The notes under the pieces: model-generated
Told to the model about the DNA's origin: nothing
Databases searched by the model: none
What the model saw: the letters and a program-made list of their open reading frames with translations, nothing else
Program-made: the position numbers and the translations under genes
Part shown: positions 17,606 to 28,891 of the stretch, in pieces
How the letters are laid out: each line of letters starts with the position of its first letter
Numbering within the stretch: position 1 is the stretch's first letter
From: Erysipelotrichaceae bacterium
Lineage (GTDB): Bacteria > Bacillota_I > Bacilli_A > RFN20 > CAG-826
Assembly (NCBI GenBank): GCA_012744375.1
Contig: JAAYCD010000032.1
Location: forward strand, 1-42,286
Length of the DNA stretch: 42,286 bases
Direction of reading: 5' to 3'

Positions 17606-18118
17606 TTATTTCTTAAATAAAAAATTTGGACCTTTGATTGCCTCTTCAGTCGCAAGACTTGGAAAGTTTTGTTGTCTTAAAACTTCATAGGTAACAAGTG
17701 CTACACAATTTGAAACATTTAAACTTCTTGCAGCAGGTACCATTGGGATACGCATTAACTTATCTATGTTATTTCTTAATATGTCGTATGGAATACCAGT
17801 TGATTCTCTACCAAACATCAAATAAACATCATTGATAGGCGAAGAAAAATCGAACGAAGAATAAACGCGATTTGCATATCTCGTCACATAATAAATATTA
17901 TTTTGTGGGACTGTTTTTATAAAGTTCGCGTAGTCTTCATAGAAAAATAGCTTTAGGTCATCAATATAGTCCATGCCTGCTCTTTGTAAGTCTTTATTTT
18001 CTAAAGAAAAAGTAATCGGACCAATGATATGGAGTGTAGCATGAATAGCAACGCAAAGTCGCATGATGTTGCCCGTATTTTGCGGTTTTTCAGGGCGGAA
18101 TAAAACGATATGTATCAT
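17606..18118 (-). CDS. trmL: tRNA (cytidine/uridine-34 2'-O)-methyltransferase, SpoU/TrmL family
   Basis: 170 aa: MIHIVLFRPEKPQNTGNIMRLC...LMFGRESTGIP...IPM...RSLNVSNCVA, a SPOUT knot motif layout. Confidence 0.88.
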   Translation of the reverse strand: MIHIVLFRPEKPQNTGNIMRLCVAIHATLHIIGPITFSLENKDLQRAGMDYIDDLKLFFYEDYANFIKTVPQNNIYYVTRYANRVYSSFDFSSPINDVYLMFGRESTGIPYDILRNNIDKLMRIPMVPAARSLNVSNCVALVTYEVLRQQNFPSLATEEAIKGPNFLFKK

Positions 18119-18125
18119 TGGTTAA

Positions 18126-18689
18126 TTAGCCACGTAATTTTCTTTCGGCGGTCACTTTTGGTTCGATAACATTTCTATATCGATCCATGCCTTGCTTAAT
18201 AATTTTTTCAGCTTCTTGGCGATTGCCAATCACATCGGTAAACGTTTCTTTTCCTTCTAAGGCTTTATAAACTTGAAAGAAGTGACGAATTTCTTGCATG
18301 ATGTGGGCTGGTAGTTCATTAATGTCAGAATAGACATTATAAAAGGGGTCATTTATCGCCACAGATATGATTTTTTCATCGTTAAGTCCACTATCAGTCA
18401 TGGTGAGTACACCGATTGGAATACATTCAACAAAACTCATTGGAACGATGGATTCCGAGCATAATACCAACACGTCTAATGGATCATAATCTTCGCCAAA
18501 AGTGCGCGGAATGAAACCATAATTTTGTGGATAATGGGTACTAGTAAAAAGCACTCTATCTAAAATTAAATGTCCTGTTTCTTTATCTAATTCGTATTTA
18601 TTTTTACTTCCTTTAGAAATTTCAATTAATGCTAAAAACTGCTGTGGGGTTACACGATTAGGTTTAACGTCGTGCCAAGGGTGCGTCAT
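18126..18689 (-). CDS. ppa: Inorganic pyrophosphatase, family I
   Basis: Contains HPWHDV..., EISKGSKNKYELDKETG, YPQNYGFIP and DYDPLDVLVL. The start was set to ATG 18689, with AGGAGG 7 nt upstream. The GTG at 18695 in the track is too close to the SD. Confidence 0.93.
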   Translation of the reverse strand: MTHPWHDVKPNRVTPQQFLALIEISKGSKNKYELDKETGHLILDRVLFTSTHYPQNYGFIPRTFGEDYDPLDVLVLCSESIVPMSFVECIPIGVLTMTDSGLNDEKIISVAINDPFYNVYSDINELPAHIMQEIRHFFQVYKALEGKETFTDVIGNRQEAEKIIKQGMDRYRNVIEPKVTAERKLRG

Positions 18690-18700
18690 AATCACTCCTC

Positions 18701-20502
<1,802 letters not shown>

Positions 20503-20514
20503 TTATAGTCTCCT

Positions 20515-21351
20515 TTAAATATTGGCTGCACCGACAATTTCGGTGATTTCTTGGGTGATGGCGCTTTGTCGCGCTTTATTATATTCAATGTGTAAATCTT
20601 CGAGTAGTTCTTCTGCGTTTTTTGTAGCATTTTCCATCGCATTAGAACGAGCCGCTTGTTCACACACTTCGCTTTCTAAAAATTTAGCATAAATAGTGTT
20701 TTTTAAATATAAAGGAATGAGAGTTTCTGCGAGCACTTCTGGACTAGGTTCCATAATGGGTGGGTAACCGATATCCGCATTAGTCGATTGTTTTAATGGT
20801 AAAACCAAAAAATCAACAGGGCGGAAAACAAGTGAATTTTTATAAGAAGTATAAATTAAATGAATTTCACGATATGACCCTTGATGAAATGCATTGAGGA
20901 GGAAATCGCTCATTTCGCTAATTAGTTTTTCATCTTGAACAGAATAATAGTTTTTGAAAGTGTAAATCTTGTTGAAGGTTGAAGTTTGATAACGGCTGAT
21001 AGCTTTTTTGCCGAGTAAAATCACATCATCTTCTGGCTTGATTATTGAGTCAGCCAAACGGAAAATACTAGCGTTATATGAGCCACATAAGCCTAATGAA
21101 GAAGATAGGATAATATATAAGTTTTTTTGCGCTTCGTTTGGCTTAAAATAAGGTTCGTTCTTTGGCGAAACGTAAGAAAAAACAAGCGAAGAAAGCTCAT
21201 CGATTTGTTGGGCGTATTCTTTAAAAGCTAACATCTTACCTTTCCACTTCTTCAATTTTACAGATGAAACTAACTTCATTGCCGAAGTGATTTTGTAAGA
21301 ACCTTTAATCGCTTTGATTCTTTTTTTAATACGAGTAACTGCTTGCGCCAT
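20515..21351 (-). CDS. atpG: F1 ATP synthase gamma subunit
   Basis: 278 aa. N-terminus IKKRIKAIKGSYKITSAMKLVS and C-terminus ARQSAITQEITEIVGAA. Confidence 0.93.
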   Translation of the reverse strand: MAQAVTRIKKRIKAIKGSYKITSAMKLVSSVKLKKWKGKMLAFKEYAQQIDELSSLVFSYVSPKNEPYFKPNEAQKNLYIILSSSLGLCGSYNASIFRLADSIIKPEDDVILLGKKAISRYQTSTFNKIYTFKNYYSVQDEKLISEMSDFLLNAFHQGSYREIHLIYTSYKNSLVFRPVDFLVLPLKQSTNADIGYPPIMEPSPEVLAETLIPLYLKNTIYAKFLESEVCEQAARSNAMENATKNAEELLEDLHIEYNKARQSAITQEITEIVGAANI

Positions 21352-21356
21352 ATAAC

Positions 21357-22862
21357 TTAGCGTCCACTTTCAAAAAATATTTTTAGTTCTTGTTTGAGGA
21401 TCATTTCATCTTCTTGCGAGATGATTTTATTTTTATTGATATTATCAAGTACATCTTGATGGACAGCTTTAAATACAGCATAGGCTTCATCAAGTTTGGT
21501 TCTAATTTGATTCTTATCAACGAAGTCTAGGTATTTGTTTTTTGCAGCATATAAATCAAACACTTGTTTATCAAGTTGATACACTTGGTATTGGTTTTGT
21601 TTTAAAACACTCATTAAAGCTTCACCATGTCTTAACACTGCTAAGGTGGAAGCATCTAAATCACTACCAAACTGTGCGAACGATTTCATTTCTAAATATG
21701 AAGCTAGTTCAATCTTTAAACTTCTAGATACTTGCTTCATCGCTGTAAATTGCGCATCGCCACCGACACGGGAGACGGATAAACCACTATCAATTGCCGG
21801 TCTTTGTCCGGCATTGAATAAATCGGTTTGTAAAAATATTTGACCGTCTGTAATAGAAATAACGTTTGTGGGGATATAAGCACTAATATCACCTGACTGC
21901 GTTTCAACAATCGGTAAAGCGGTAATTGATCCACCACCATATTCAGGAGCGAGTTTGCATGCTCTTTCTAGTAGGCGAGAATGTAAATAAAAGACATCGC
22001 CAGGATAAGCTTCTCTACCAGGAGATCTTTTCAAAAGCAAAGATAAAGCACGATAACTGACTGCATGTTTGCTTAAATCATCATAAACAATCAAAACATC
22101 TTTACCTTGATGCATGAATTCTTCTGCCATCGCTACTCCAGCATAAGGAGCGATATATTGCAAAGGTGCGGCTTCGCTTGCAGAAGCGCTAACCACGATT
22201 GTATAATCCATCGCCTTGTACCTTTTTAATTTATCAACGATTTGCGCGACAGTTGAGTTTTTTTGACCTATGGCCACATAAATACAAATTACATTTTTAC
22301 CACGCTGATTAATGATGGTATCGATAGCTAAAGCAGTTTTGCCTGTTTGTCTATCACCGATAATTAATTCTCTTTGGCCACGACCAATTGGGGTAAGTGC
22401 ATCAATCATCGTAATGCCAGTTTCTAAAGGTGTGTCTACACTTTTTCTTTTCATGACACCTGGAGCAATAACTTCAATTGGGCGACGACGTTCAAACTTA
22501 ATTTCCCCCACGCCATCAATTGGTTGGCCCAATGCATTAACTACTCTTCCGAGCAAAGTTTCTCCAACAGGTACTTCCATGACCATTTCAGTACGATTGA
22601 CTAAATCGCCTTCTTTCACCAACGAATCATTACCTAAAAGGACTGCACCAACACTATCAGCGTTAAGGTTCATCACCATACCATAAACGTCGTTAGGGAA
22701 TAATAAAAGTTCGCCCAACATCGCTTTATCCAACCCATAAATATGAGCAATGCCATCACCAACAGAAATGACGTTGCCGACATTGTGACTGGCAACTTTG
22801 TGACGATACTCCTTGATTTGCGCTTTAATCAACGCGCTGATTTCATAAGTGTTAATTTTCAT
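21357..22862 (-). CDS. atpA: F1 ATP synthase alpha subunit
   Basis: 501 aa. Contains [15 protein letters not shown] and [15 protein letters not shown]. Confidence 0.97.
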   Translation of the reverse strand: MKINTYEISALIKAQIKEYRHKVASHNVGNVISVGDGIAHIYGLDKAMLGELLLFPNDVYGMVMNLNADSVGAVLLGNDSLVKEGDLVNRTEMVMEVPVGETLLGRVVNALGQPIDGVGEIKFERRRPIEVIAPGVMKRKSVDTPLETGITMIDALTPIGRGQRELIIGDRQTGKTALAIDTIINQRGKNVICIYVAIGQKNSTVAQIVDKLKRYKAMDYTIVVSASASEAAPLQYIAPYAGVAMAEEFMHQGKDVLIVYDDLSKHAVSYRALSLLLKRSPGREAYPGDVFYLHSRLLERACKLAPEYGGGSITALPIVETQSGDISAYIPTNVISITDGQIFLQTDLFNAGQRPAIDSGLSVSRVGGDAQFTAMKQVSRSLKIELASYLEMKSFAQFGSDLDASTLAVLRHGEALMSVLKQNQYQVYQLDKQVFDLYAAKNKYLDFVDKNQIRTKLDEAYAVFKAVHQDVLDNINKNKIISQEDEMILKQELKIFFESGR

Positions 22863-23400
22863 TGTTTTTCTCCTTTATTAAGAGGTTGGCTTGTAGTTTT
22901 TCGAGTTGGTTTTTTATCGAATCATCATAGACATGTCCACCGATGACGATTTTTATTCCACCGATTAAATTAGGATCAAGTCGTGTGATTAGTGAGACAG
23001 CACTATTTTCATAACGACTAATTTTTGTTTCGATTTTGGTAACGAGTGATTTGTCTAATGGAAAAGCTGAATATAAATATCCTTCTTTGATTCCTAGTGA
23101 TTGATTACACAACGAAATGAACGCTTGGAATATTTCATCTAGCAAAGCTAAACGATGGTAGTCGATAATAACCTTTAAAAAGTTGACGATTTCAATTGAA
23201 AAATCTTTAAATATTTTTTCCGCTCGAGCTTTTCTATCTTCACTGCTTAAAAATCTCGAATCTAGGAGTACGATTAAGTCATCGTTATCTTTGACGATAT
23301 CGAGCAATAACTTGCTTTGCTTAAGCCAGGAATCAATTTGCTTTTCTTCCTGGGCCAAACTGAACAAGGCTGATGCGTAATTTAAAGCAATTTCATTCAT
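22852..23400 (-). CDS. atpH: F1 ATP synthase delta (OSCP) subunit
   Basis: 182 aa. Contains [13 protein letters not shown] and [22 protein letters not shown]. Overlaps atpA by 11 nt. Confidence 0.85.
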   Translation of the reverse strand: MNEIALNYASALFSLAQEEKQIDSWLKQSKLLLDIVKDNDDLIVLLDSRFLSSEDRKARAEKIFKDFSIEIVNFLKVIIDYHRLALLDEIFQAFISLCNQSLGIKEGYLYSAFPLDKSLVTKIETKISRYENSAVSLITRLDPNLIGGIKIVIGGHVYDDSIKNQLEKLQANLLIKEKNNEN

Positions 23401-23403
23401 AAA

Positions 23404-23922
23404 CTAGTTCAATCGGTTGACAAAATCCTCAGCTAAACGTGTGTTATCGACTTCGCTGATTTCTCTTTTTAGTATTTCTTTTGAAGCTGCTAGAGCAACA
23501 TTGACCATTTCCGCTCTAATGCTTTCTAATGCTTCTTCTTTTGCAAGAACAATTTCGTCTTGGACTTGTGTAAGAAGATTTTGTGCTTCAGCTTTCGCTT
23601 CTTCAACGATTGTTTCAGCGCGCACAAAACTTTGTTGTTCAGCTTGTTTGATAATCGTACTTGCTTGTAAGCGACTATTTGCCAATATAGCACTCGCTTC
23701 TTCTACTTTCGAAGCAGCTAAACGTTGGTTTTCCTTAGCGTCATCGATTTCTTTTTGAATAAAGTCTGCCCGCTTTTGTAAAATTCTTTTCACTGGTTTA
23801 TAGGCTAAAACGAAAAAGGCGACCAACATGACAAGGAATGATAAAAATTGGATGACAAAGGACAATAAATTTGGCACCAGTTTTTCGGTGATTGTTCTAA
23901 TGGTTTCACCAATATCAGACAT
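23404..23922 (-). CDS. atpF: Fo ATP synthase b subunit
   Basis: 172 aa. A single N-terminal TM followed by a long A/E/K-rich helix. AAGGAGG SD. Position and composition are typical of atpF. Confidence 0.85.
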   Translation of the reverse strand: MSDIGETIRTITEKLVPNLLSFVIQFLSFLVMLVAFFVLAYKPVKRILQKRADFIQKEIDDAKENQRLAASKVEEASAILANSRLQASTIIKQAEQQSFVRAETIVEEAKAEAQNLLTQVQDEIVLAKEEALESIRAEMVNVALAASKEILKREISEVDNTRLAEDFVNRLN

Positions 23923-23933
23923 ATTTTTCCTCC

Positions 23934-24146
23934 TTAACCAACGAATAAAATTAATAATGAGACGAGTAGTGAGTAAATCGCAGTTGTTTCAACTAAAGCA
24001 CAAGCGAGAATCATTGTGGTTCTAAGTTTGGAATACATTTCTGGATTGCGTGACATGCCATCAATGACATGTGCGCACACTAAACCTTCGCCCAATGCGC
24101 TTGGAATAACGCCTAAAATGGCGACTGCTGCGGCCATTGCATTCAT
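23934..24146 (-). CDS. atpE: Fo ATP synthase c subunit (rotor ring)
   Basis: 70-aa helical hairpin with an RNPE loop and the carboxylate helix LVETTAIYSLLV. AGGAGG SD. Confidence 0.92.
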   Translation of the reverse strand: MNAMAAAVAILGVIPSALGEGLVCAHVIDGMSRNPEMYSKLRTTMILACALVETTAIYSLLVSLLILFVG

Positions 24147-24150
24147 ATTA

Positions 24151-24912
24151 TTACGTCCTCCTTTCTAAAGTATTAATACTGAAATCTTCGGGTATTTCTT
24201 GCCCGATAAAAATTGTTGTTAATAAAATAAACACGAACGTTTGGATTAACGCTGAGAATAAATCAAAATAAAGAGATAAAACAGCTTTCGGAATTGGTAA
24301 GATGAATATCTCATTCCAATTACCAGCTAAAAGTCCATCTTGCACGACTGGCATAAAACTAAAAATCATGCTAGATAAATTGCGCAAAGCGATTTCGATA
24401 ATGGTCATAAGTGTCCAACCAGCAATTGCATTACCAAACAAACGTAAGGTAAGTGAAAGTAGAGGCGCCCACATGGAAATTAAGTTGATTGGCAAGAAAA
24501 TTGGAATCGGTTCAACATAGCGTTTAAAATAGGCCCATCTGGTGAACTTTGCCGAAATTAAATGAATGCCTAAAAAAGTTGTTAAACCTAGCGAAAGTGG
24601 AATGGCCATGTTTGTCACCGGAGAAGGTAGGCCGATAATCCCAAAGATAAAAGCGATGAATAAATACACCGCTGTGCCCATAATAAATCCACCAAAATTC
24701 GGTAGAGTATTGCCAATGAGGTCTTTAGTTAAATCATCAAAAAACTTCACACCAGTTTCGGCAATTAATAGCAAACCTTTTGGCTTTTTTAGTGGATCTT
24801 GACGTCTTGCTTGAATGCCGATAATTAACGCTAAAATCATGATTATTATCATGACAATAAGCGAAGAAATAACTTCGCCTGGAATATCGAGGCTGAAAAA
24901 ATTATCAAACAT
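24151..24912 (-). CDS. atpB: Fo ATP synthase a subunit
   Basis: 253 aa, polytopic. Carries the conserved stator arginine motif LTLRLFGNAIAG. Confidence 0.92.
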   Translation of the reverse strand: MFDNFFSLDIPGEVISSLIVMIIIMILALIIGIQARRQDPLKKPKGLLLIAETGVKFFDDLTKDLIGNTLPNFGGFIMGTAVYLFIAFIFGIIGLPSPVTNMAIPLSLGLTTFLGIHLISAKFTRWAYFKRYVEPIPIFLPINLISMWAPLLSLTLRLFGNAIAGWTLMTIIEIALRNLSSMIFSFMPVVQDGLLAGNWNEIFILPIPKAVLSLYFDLFSALIQTFVFILLTTIFIGQEIPEDFSINTLERRT

Positions 24913-25291
24913 TTGAATCCTTTCTTATATAAGCCAATAGGGTGCTAAGAGAAATAATTAAATACGAAACAACAAGAACAATGGGCGAAATAATGATCAT
25001 TTGAAATTGAAGTTGTAAAAAGGTAAAAAGTAGTGCAAGAACAACAATTAACCCAAGTCTTAAATAGATAAAAAATATGTCTAAGGAGACTTTGTGTGTC
25101 TTCCTTTTTTGATTGAAATATAGAAACAACCAACTGACTGTCACAATTGCTCCACTAGTTAAGACGGCCAAAGGAATTTCATAATGATTGAACCAAAAGA
25201 GAACCGAAACACCTAAAAATACTAGTAGCGTGCATAGGGCTGCAATAATACAAGCTTTATATTCGATTTCTTTCGTCCAAAACTTTTTCAT
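24905..25291 (-). CDS. AtpI-like small membrane protein (4 TM) preceding atpB
   Basis: 128 aa with four hydrophobic segments, in the operon position of atpI and overlapping atpB by 8 nt. No sequence motif confirms it. Confidence 0.5.
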   Translation of the reverse strand: MKKFWTKEIEYKACIIAALCTLLVFLGVSVLFWFNHYEIPLAVLTSGAIVTVSWLFLYFNQKRKTHKVSLDIFFIYLRLGLIVVLALLFTFLQLQFQMIIISPIVLVVSYLIISLSTLLAYIRKDSNV

Positions 25292-26496
25292 TATTTAACT
25301 TTAATACGTTTTAATACGGTGACAGGGGCAATGCCGTTTTTATATGTGAGTTTAACTTCTCCATCAACAAGTGGACGGAGATATTCTCTAAATTTGTCGC
25401 TCATTCTAGTATTATCAACCATCATCTCTTGTGTGACATGACTAACAGCATTGGCAACTTTACTTAAAGGAGCTAATTGATATTTTATCTTGTAAGGATT
25501 TTGGCTGACTCTTTTAAAGACAATCATCTTGCCAGTCTTTCCTTTAAGAGCGGCTTGAACAGCCTTTTTTCCAGTCATAATTGCTTCTTTGCGATCGGTT
25601 AAAGAAACATAGCCAGGGAAAGCTCTTTGCACGATAGAAAATTCAACGGCGCGGGTTGGTAAATCTAAACGGTTTTCAATAATGCGACATAGTTCACTAG
25701 CCGCGCCACCAAGTTGAGCGTGTCCAAAACCATCGACGCGAACATTAGTCATATCTCTTTCAAATTTTATGCCTTCGCTAATAGCGACAAGCGCATAACC
25801 TTTTTCGTCGTACACTTTTTTAACATCCGCTAAAAAATGCTCTAAATCAAAAGTCATTTCTGGTAAGTAAATGAGGTGTGGTCTAGTTGCTTCTGGCAGT
25901 AAATCAACAGAGGCAGTTAACCAACCAGCATCACGACCCATAATTTCGACAACATGAACTTTGCCTTTTTTAAAGCAACCAGCATCAACAGAAAAAGCGT
26001 TGACAGCATTCATGACAAATTTTGCCGCACTTGGAAAACCTAAAGAATGATCAGTACAGGCTAAATCGTTATCGATAGTTTTTGGAACGCCGATAACTTT
26101 AACGTCTTCTATGGCTAATTCTTTAACGAGTTTGGCAATTTTATTACAAGTATCCATCGAATCGTTGCCACCATTGATCAAGACATAACCGATATTATGT
26201 TTTTTAATGTTTTCAATAATTTTTGCGTATTCAGCACTATGGATGTCTTTTGGCAATTTTTTTCGAGTCGTACCTAAAATGCTGCCCGGAGTTTGCAATA
26301 ATAGTTCGATTTGTTCATCATCCTCTAAACCTAAATCGATTAAGTTATCATCGATTAACCCCTCAATTCCATGGGTCGAACCATATATATGGCCGATTAA
26401 ATCAGGATGCTTTTTGGCTTCCTTGATTGCTCCATAAAGCGAAGAGTTAATAACTGAGGTTGGACCGCCGGATTGAATGTAGACCAAGTTTTTCAT
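25291..26496 (-). CDS. pfp: Pyrophosphate-dependent 6-phosphofructokinase (PPi-PFK)
   Basis: 401 aa of the PFK fold. Contains QSGGPTSVINSS. GGNDS stands where ATP-PFKs have GGDGS, and VPKTIDND where they have G-TIDND; this Asp/Lys pair is the established PPi-specificity signature. AGGAGG SD. Confidence 0.88.
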   Translation of the reverse strand: MKNLVYIQSGGPTSVINSSLYGAIKEAKKHPDLIGHIYGSTHGIEGLIDDNLIDLGLEDDEQIELLLQTPGSILGTTRKKLPKDIHSAEYAKIIENIKKHNIGYVLINGGNDSMDTCNKIAKLVKELAIEDVKVIGVPKTIDNDLACTDHSLGFPSAAKFVMNAVNAFSVDAGCFKKGKVHVVEIMGRDAGWLTASVDLLPEATRPHLIYLPEMTFDLEHFLADVKKVYDEKGYALVAISEGIKFERDMTNVRVDGFGHAQLGGAASELCRIIENRLDLPTRAVEFSIVQRAFPGYVSLTDRKEAIMTGKKAVQAALKGKTGKMIVFKRVSQNPYKIKYQLAPLSKVANAVSHVTQEMMVDNTRMSDKFREYLRPLVDGEVKLTYKNGIAPVTVLKRIKVK

Positions 26497-26513
26497 AAAT
26501 TTGATTCCTCCTT

Positions 26514-27035
26514 TTAAATTATTTCTATGTGTAAATGTTTCAATACGTCAAAAGATTTTTCTTGCATTGCTAAATCAAATGATGAAGTGGCTTTTCTAAT
26601 AACTTTAATTTTTGCGTAAGGAGAAGAAAAGGTTTTCGCAATAATTGCGTTTGTAAAAACGCAAATATCACTCACTAAGCCACATAAATATATTTCATCA
26701 TAATGATGCTTTTCTAAATATTGGCCTAAAGCCGCACTTCCAAAAGTTGGTTTTTCAAAGACCAGGGAGTCACCGACAAGTTTTTTGATTTCAGGATGAA
26801 GCTCCCATCCCTTTTCACCTTTCTTACAATGAGAAACGGGTAAATAATGACCTTCGGTTGTTTCCACGTAATTATTTTCGTGCGTGTCAAGAGTGAAGAT
26901 TACATCCTCTCGTTCTTCTTTGAAAACTTTGATGAGTTGAGCAATTTCTCCAGCAAGTTTTTCTGCGCCAGGAAACCCAAGTGACCCATCAATGAAGTCA
27001 TTTTGATAATCAACAACAACAAGTAATTTTCGCAT
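26514..27035 (-). CDS. pncA: Nicotinamidase/pyrazinamidase (isochorismatase family)
   Basis: Contains LLVVVDYQNDFIDGSL and DTH, and LCGLVSDICV with the catalytic Cys. ATG 27035 is preferred over the TTG at 27041. Confidence 0.85.
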   Translation of the reverse strand: MRKLLVVVDYQNDFIDGSLGFPGAEKLAGEIAQLIKVFKEEREDVIFTLDTHENNYVETTEGHYLPVSHCKKGEKGWELHPEIKKLVGDSLVFEKPTFGSAALGQYLEKHHYDEIYLCGLVSDICVFTNAIIAKTFSSPYAKIKVIRKATSSFDLAMQEKSFDVLKHLHIEII

Positions 27036-27071
27036 AATCAAAATCTTTCCATCTGTGTTAAACTATAGCAC

Positions 27072-27100
27072 ATTATATATTTATAAAAAATATAAATCAA
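27072..27100 (-). promoter_or_regulatory. Candidate sigma-A promoter of the pncA-pfp-atp-ppa-trmL unit
   Basis: On the minus strand: TTGATT (27100..27095), a 17-nt spacer, then TATAAT (27077..27072). This is the only intergenic space upstream of the 13 tightly packed genes. Confidence 0.5.
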
Positions 27101-27199
27101 AAAACACGTGGCAAAAACAATGCATTTCGCTATAATAAAGAAGACGCAATAGTGCAATATATTAATGACCCCATTCCAAAAAAATAAAGGAGGAAAAAC

Positions 27200-28840
27200 A
27201 TGTCATTTAAAGTTACTTTTAATCAAGAAGAAAAAATATACAACGAACCGGTAACCGTCCTAGACATCGTTGGCAATGATACCGATATCGTTTGTGCCTA
27301 TGTCAACCACTATGTTAGAGAATTAACATATACAATTGACAAGGATTGTGAAATTATCCCTTTAACCTGCAAAGACCGCGATGCGAAACCGATTTATGAG
27401 GCATCCTTGCGCTATTTAGTGGCGATGGCTATGCACAATATTCATCCAGAACTACAAATTAGATTTGCTTATAATGTTTCGCGTTCAATTTTTATGCAAA
27501 TCTTAAATCAAGGCACTAGTGCTTCAGGTATTATGATGAAAGAATTAATCGCGGAAATGAATCGCTTAGTCGAGCAAGATATTCCGTTAATTAGACAAAT
27601 TGTGTCTAAAGAAGAGTCTGCGCGCATCTTCGCGGAAGATGGTTATCAAGACAAAGTTGATATCTTAAAATACCGTCCAGAAAAAACCGCACACATTTAC
27701 CGCTGTGGCAACTATCGTAACTATATGTATAACCGCATGGTTCCATCGACCGGTTATATTAAAAAGTGGTTAGTTAGATACTACCACCCAGGCATTATCA
27801 TCCAATATCCGCGCCCAGATTATAATGGCGAAATTCCACCATTTGAAGATGCTCCGACCTTTGGTCGCACGCTAAAAAGAGCGCACCAATGGGCCACCGC
27901 AACAGGTTGCGATAGTATCGTCGGTATTAACAAAAGAATTGAAAAAGACGGTGAGGTTGACTTTATTACCCTGTGTGAACAAAATCACAACCGTCAACTT
28001 TGTGAACTTGGGCAAATGATTGAAGAAGATAAAGATTCGATTAGATTAATTTGTATCGCTGGGCCTTCTTCTTCTGGAAAAACCACATTTGCAAATCGTT
28101 TAAGAATTGAACTTTTATCTCGAGGCATTAATCCTATTCGTATTTCGATGGATGATTACTATTTAGATAAAAATAATATTCCACTTGATGAAAATGGCGA
28201 ACCAGATTTAGAAAGTGCTGATGCTTTAAATATCGCTTTATTTAACCAAAATCTTGGTGATTTAATCGCTGGCTTGGAAGTTGAATTACCAAAATACGAT
28301 TTTAAACAAGGCAAACGTGTTAAAGGTCGTGTTTTGCAAGTACCAATCGATCAACCGATTATCATTGAAGGTATTCATGCTTTAAACGAAAGATTAACCA
28401 CTTCTGTTTCATCGCACCAAAAGTTTAAAATCTTCATTGCTCCTCAAAGTCAAGTTAACATCGATAATCATAATCCGATGAGCTTAACTGATTTAAGGTT
28501 ATTAAGAAGAATCGTTCGCGACTTTCAATTCCGAAACTCTACTGCGATTGACACATTAACCATGTGGCCAAACGTTAGAAAGGGCGAGTTCAAATGGATT
28601 TATAACACGCAAGAAGGAGCAAACTTTGTTTTTAATTCCTTCTCTAGCTATGAGTTAAGCGTCATGAAAAAATACGCGATGCCTTTACTTGAAGAAATCG
28701 ATAGTGAAAGCGAATTTTTCCCAGTAGCTGAAAGACTTATTCGCATGCTTAAGTTTTTTAAAGATTTACCAGATATGTGGGTACCATGTAATTCAATTAT
28801 TCGCGAATTTATCGGTGGTTCTTGCTATCAAGACGTCTAA
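27200..28840 (+). CDS. Uridine/nucleoside kinase-family P-loop protein fused to a ~270-aa N-terminal TGS/ThrRS-N-like region
   Basis: 546 aa. Contains CIAGPSSSGKTTFANRL (Walker A), ISMDDYY and IIIEGIHALN, typical of Udk/PRK-type kinases. The N-terminal part resembles the beta-grasp plus second-additional-domain of ThrRS. AAAGGAGG SD. Confidence 0.75.
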   Translation: MSFKVTFNQEEKIYNEPVTVLDIVGNDTDIVCAYVNHYVRELTYTIDKDCEIIPLTCKDRDAKPIYEASLRYLVAMAMHNIHPELQIRFAYNVSRSIFMQILNQGTSASGIMMKELIAEMNRLVEQDIPLIRQIVSKEESARIFAEDGYQDKVDILKYRPEKTAHIYRCGNYRNYMYNRMVPSTGYIKKWLVRYYHPGIIIQYPRPDYNGEIPPFEDAPTFGRTLKRAHQWATATGCDSIVGINKRIEKDGEVDFITLCEQNHNRQLCELGQMIEEDKDSIRLICIAGPSSSGKTTFANRLRIELLSRGINPIRISMDDYYLDKNNIPLDENGEPDLESADALNIALFNQNLGDLIAGLEVELPKYDFKQGKRVKGRVLQVPIDQPIIIEGIHALNERLTTSVSSHQKFKIFIAPQSQVNIDNHNPMSLTDLRLLRRIVRDFQFRNSTAIDTLTMWPNVRKGEFKWIYNTQEGANFVFNSFSSYELSVMKKYAMPLLEEIDSESEFFPVAERLIRMLKFFKDLPDMWVPCNSIIREFIGGSCYQDV

Positions 28841-28862
28841 AAGTAGCGCGCAATTACATATT

Positions 28863-28891
28863 AAAAATGGCATTTAATCTGCCATTTTTTT
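28863..28891. terminator. Bidirectional rho-independent terminator between convergent genes
   Basis: AAAAATGGCA-TTTAATC-TGCCATTTTT(TT): a 10-bp stem, with an A-run on one side and a T-run on the other. The hairpin overlaps the last codons of the minus-strand 375-aa ORF. Confidence 0.7.

Noticed and set aside
22312-23758. 124-aa and 113-aa plus-strand ORFs antisense to atpA and atpF
   Set aside because: They overlap unmistakable ATP synthase genes. The Ser/Ala-rich sequence opposite atpF is simply the mirror of its Ala/Glu/Lys-rich helix.
27079-27097. Inverted repeat ATTTATA-AAAAA-TATAAAT within the pncA promoter spacer
   Set aside because: It is made only of A and T in an AT-rich promoter region, and is expected by chance. 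I cannot distinguish it from low-complexity sequence.
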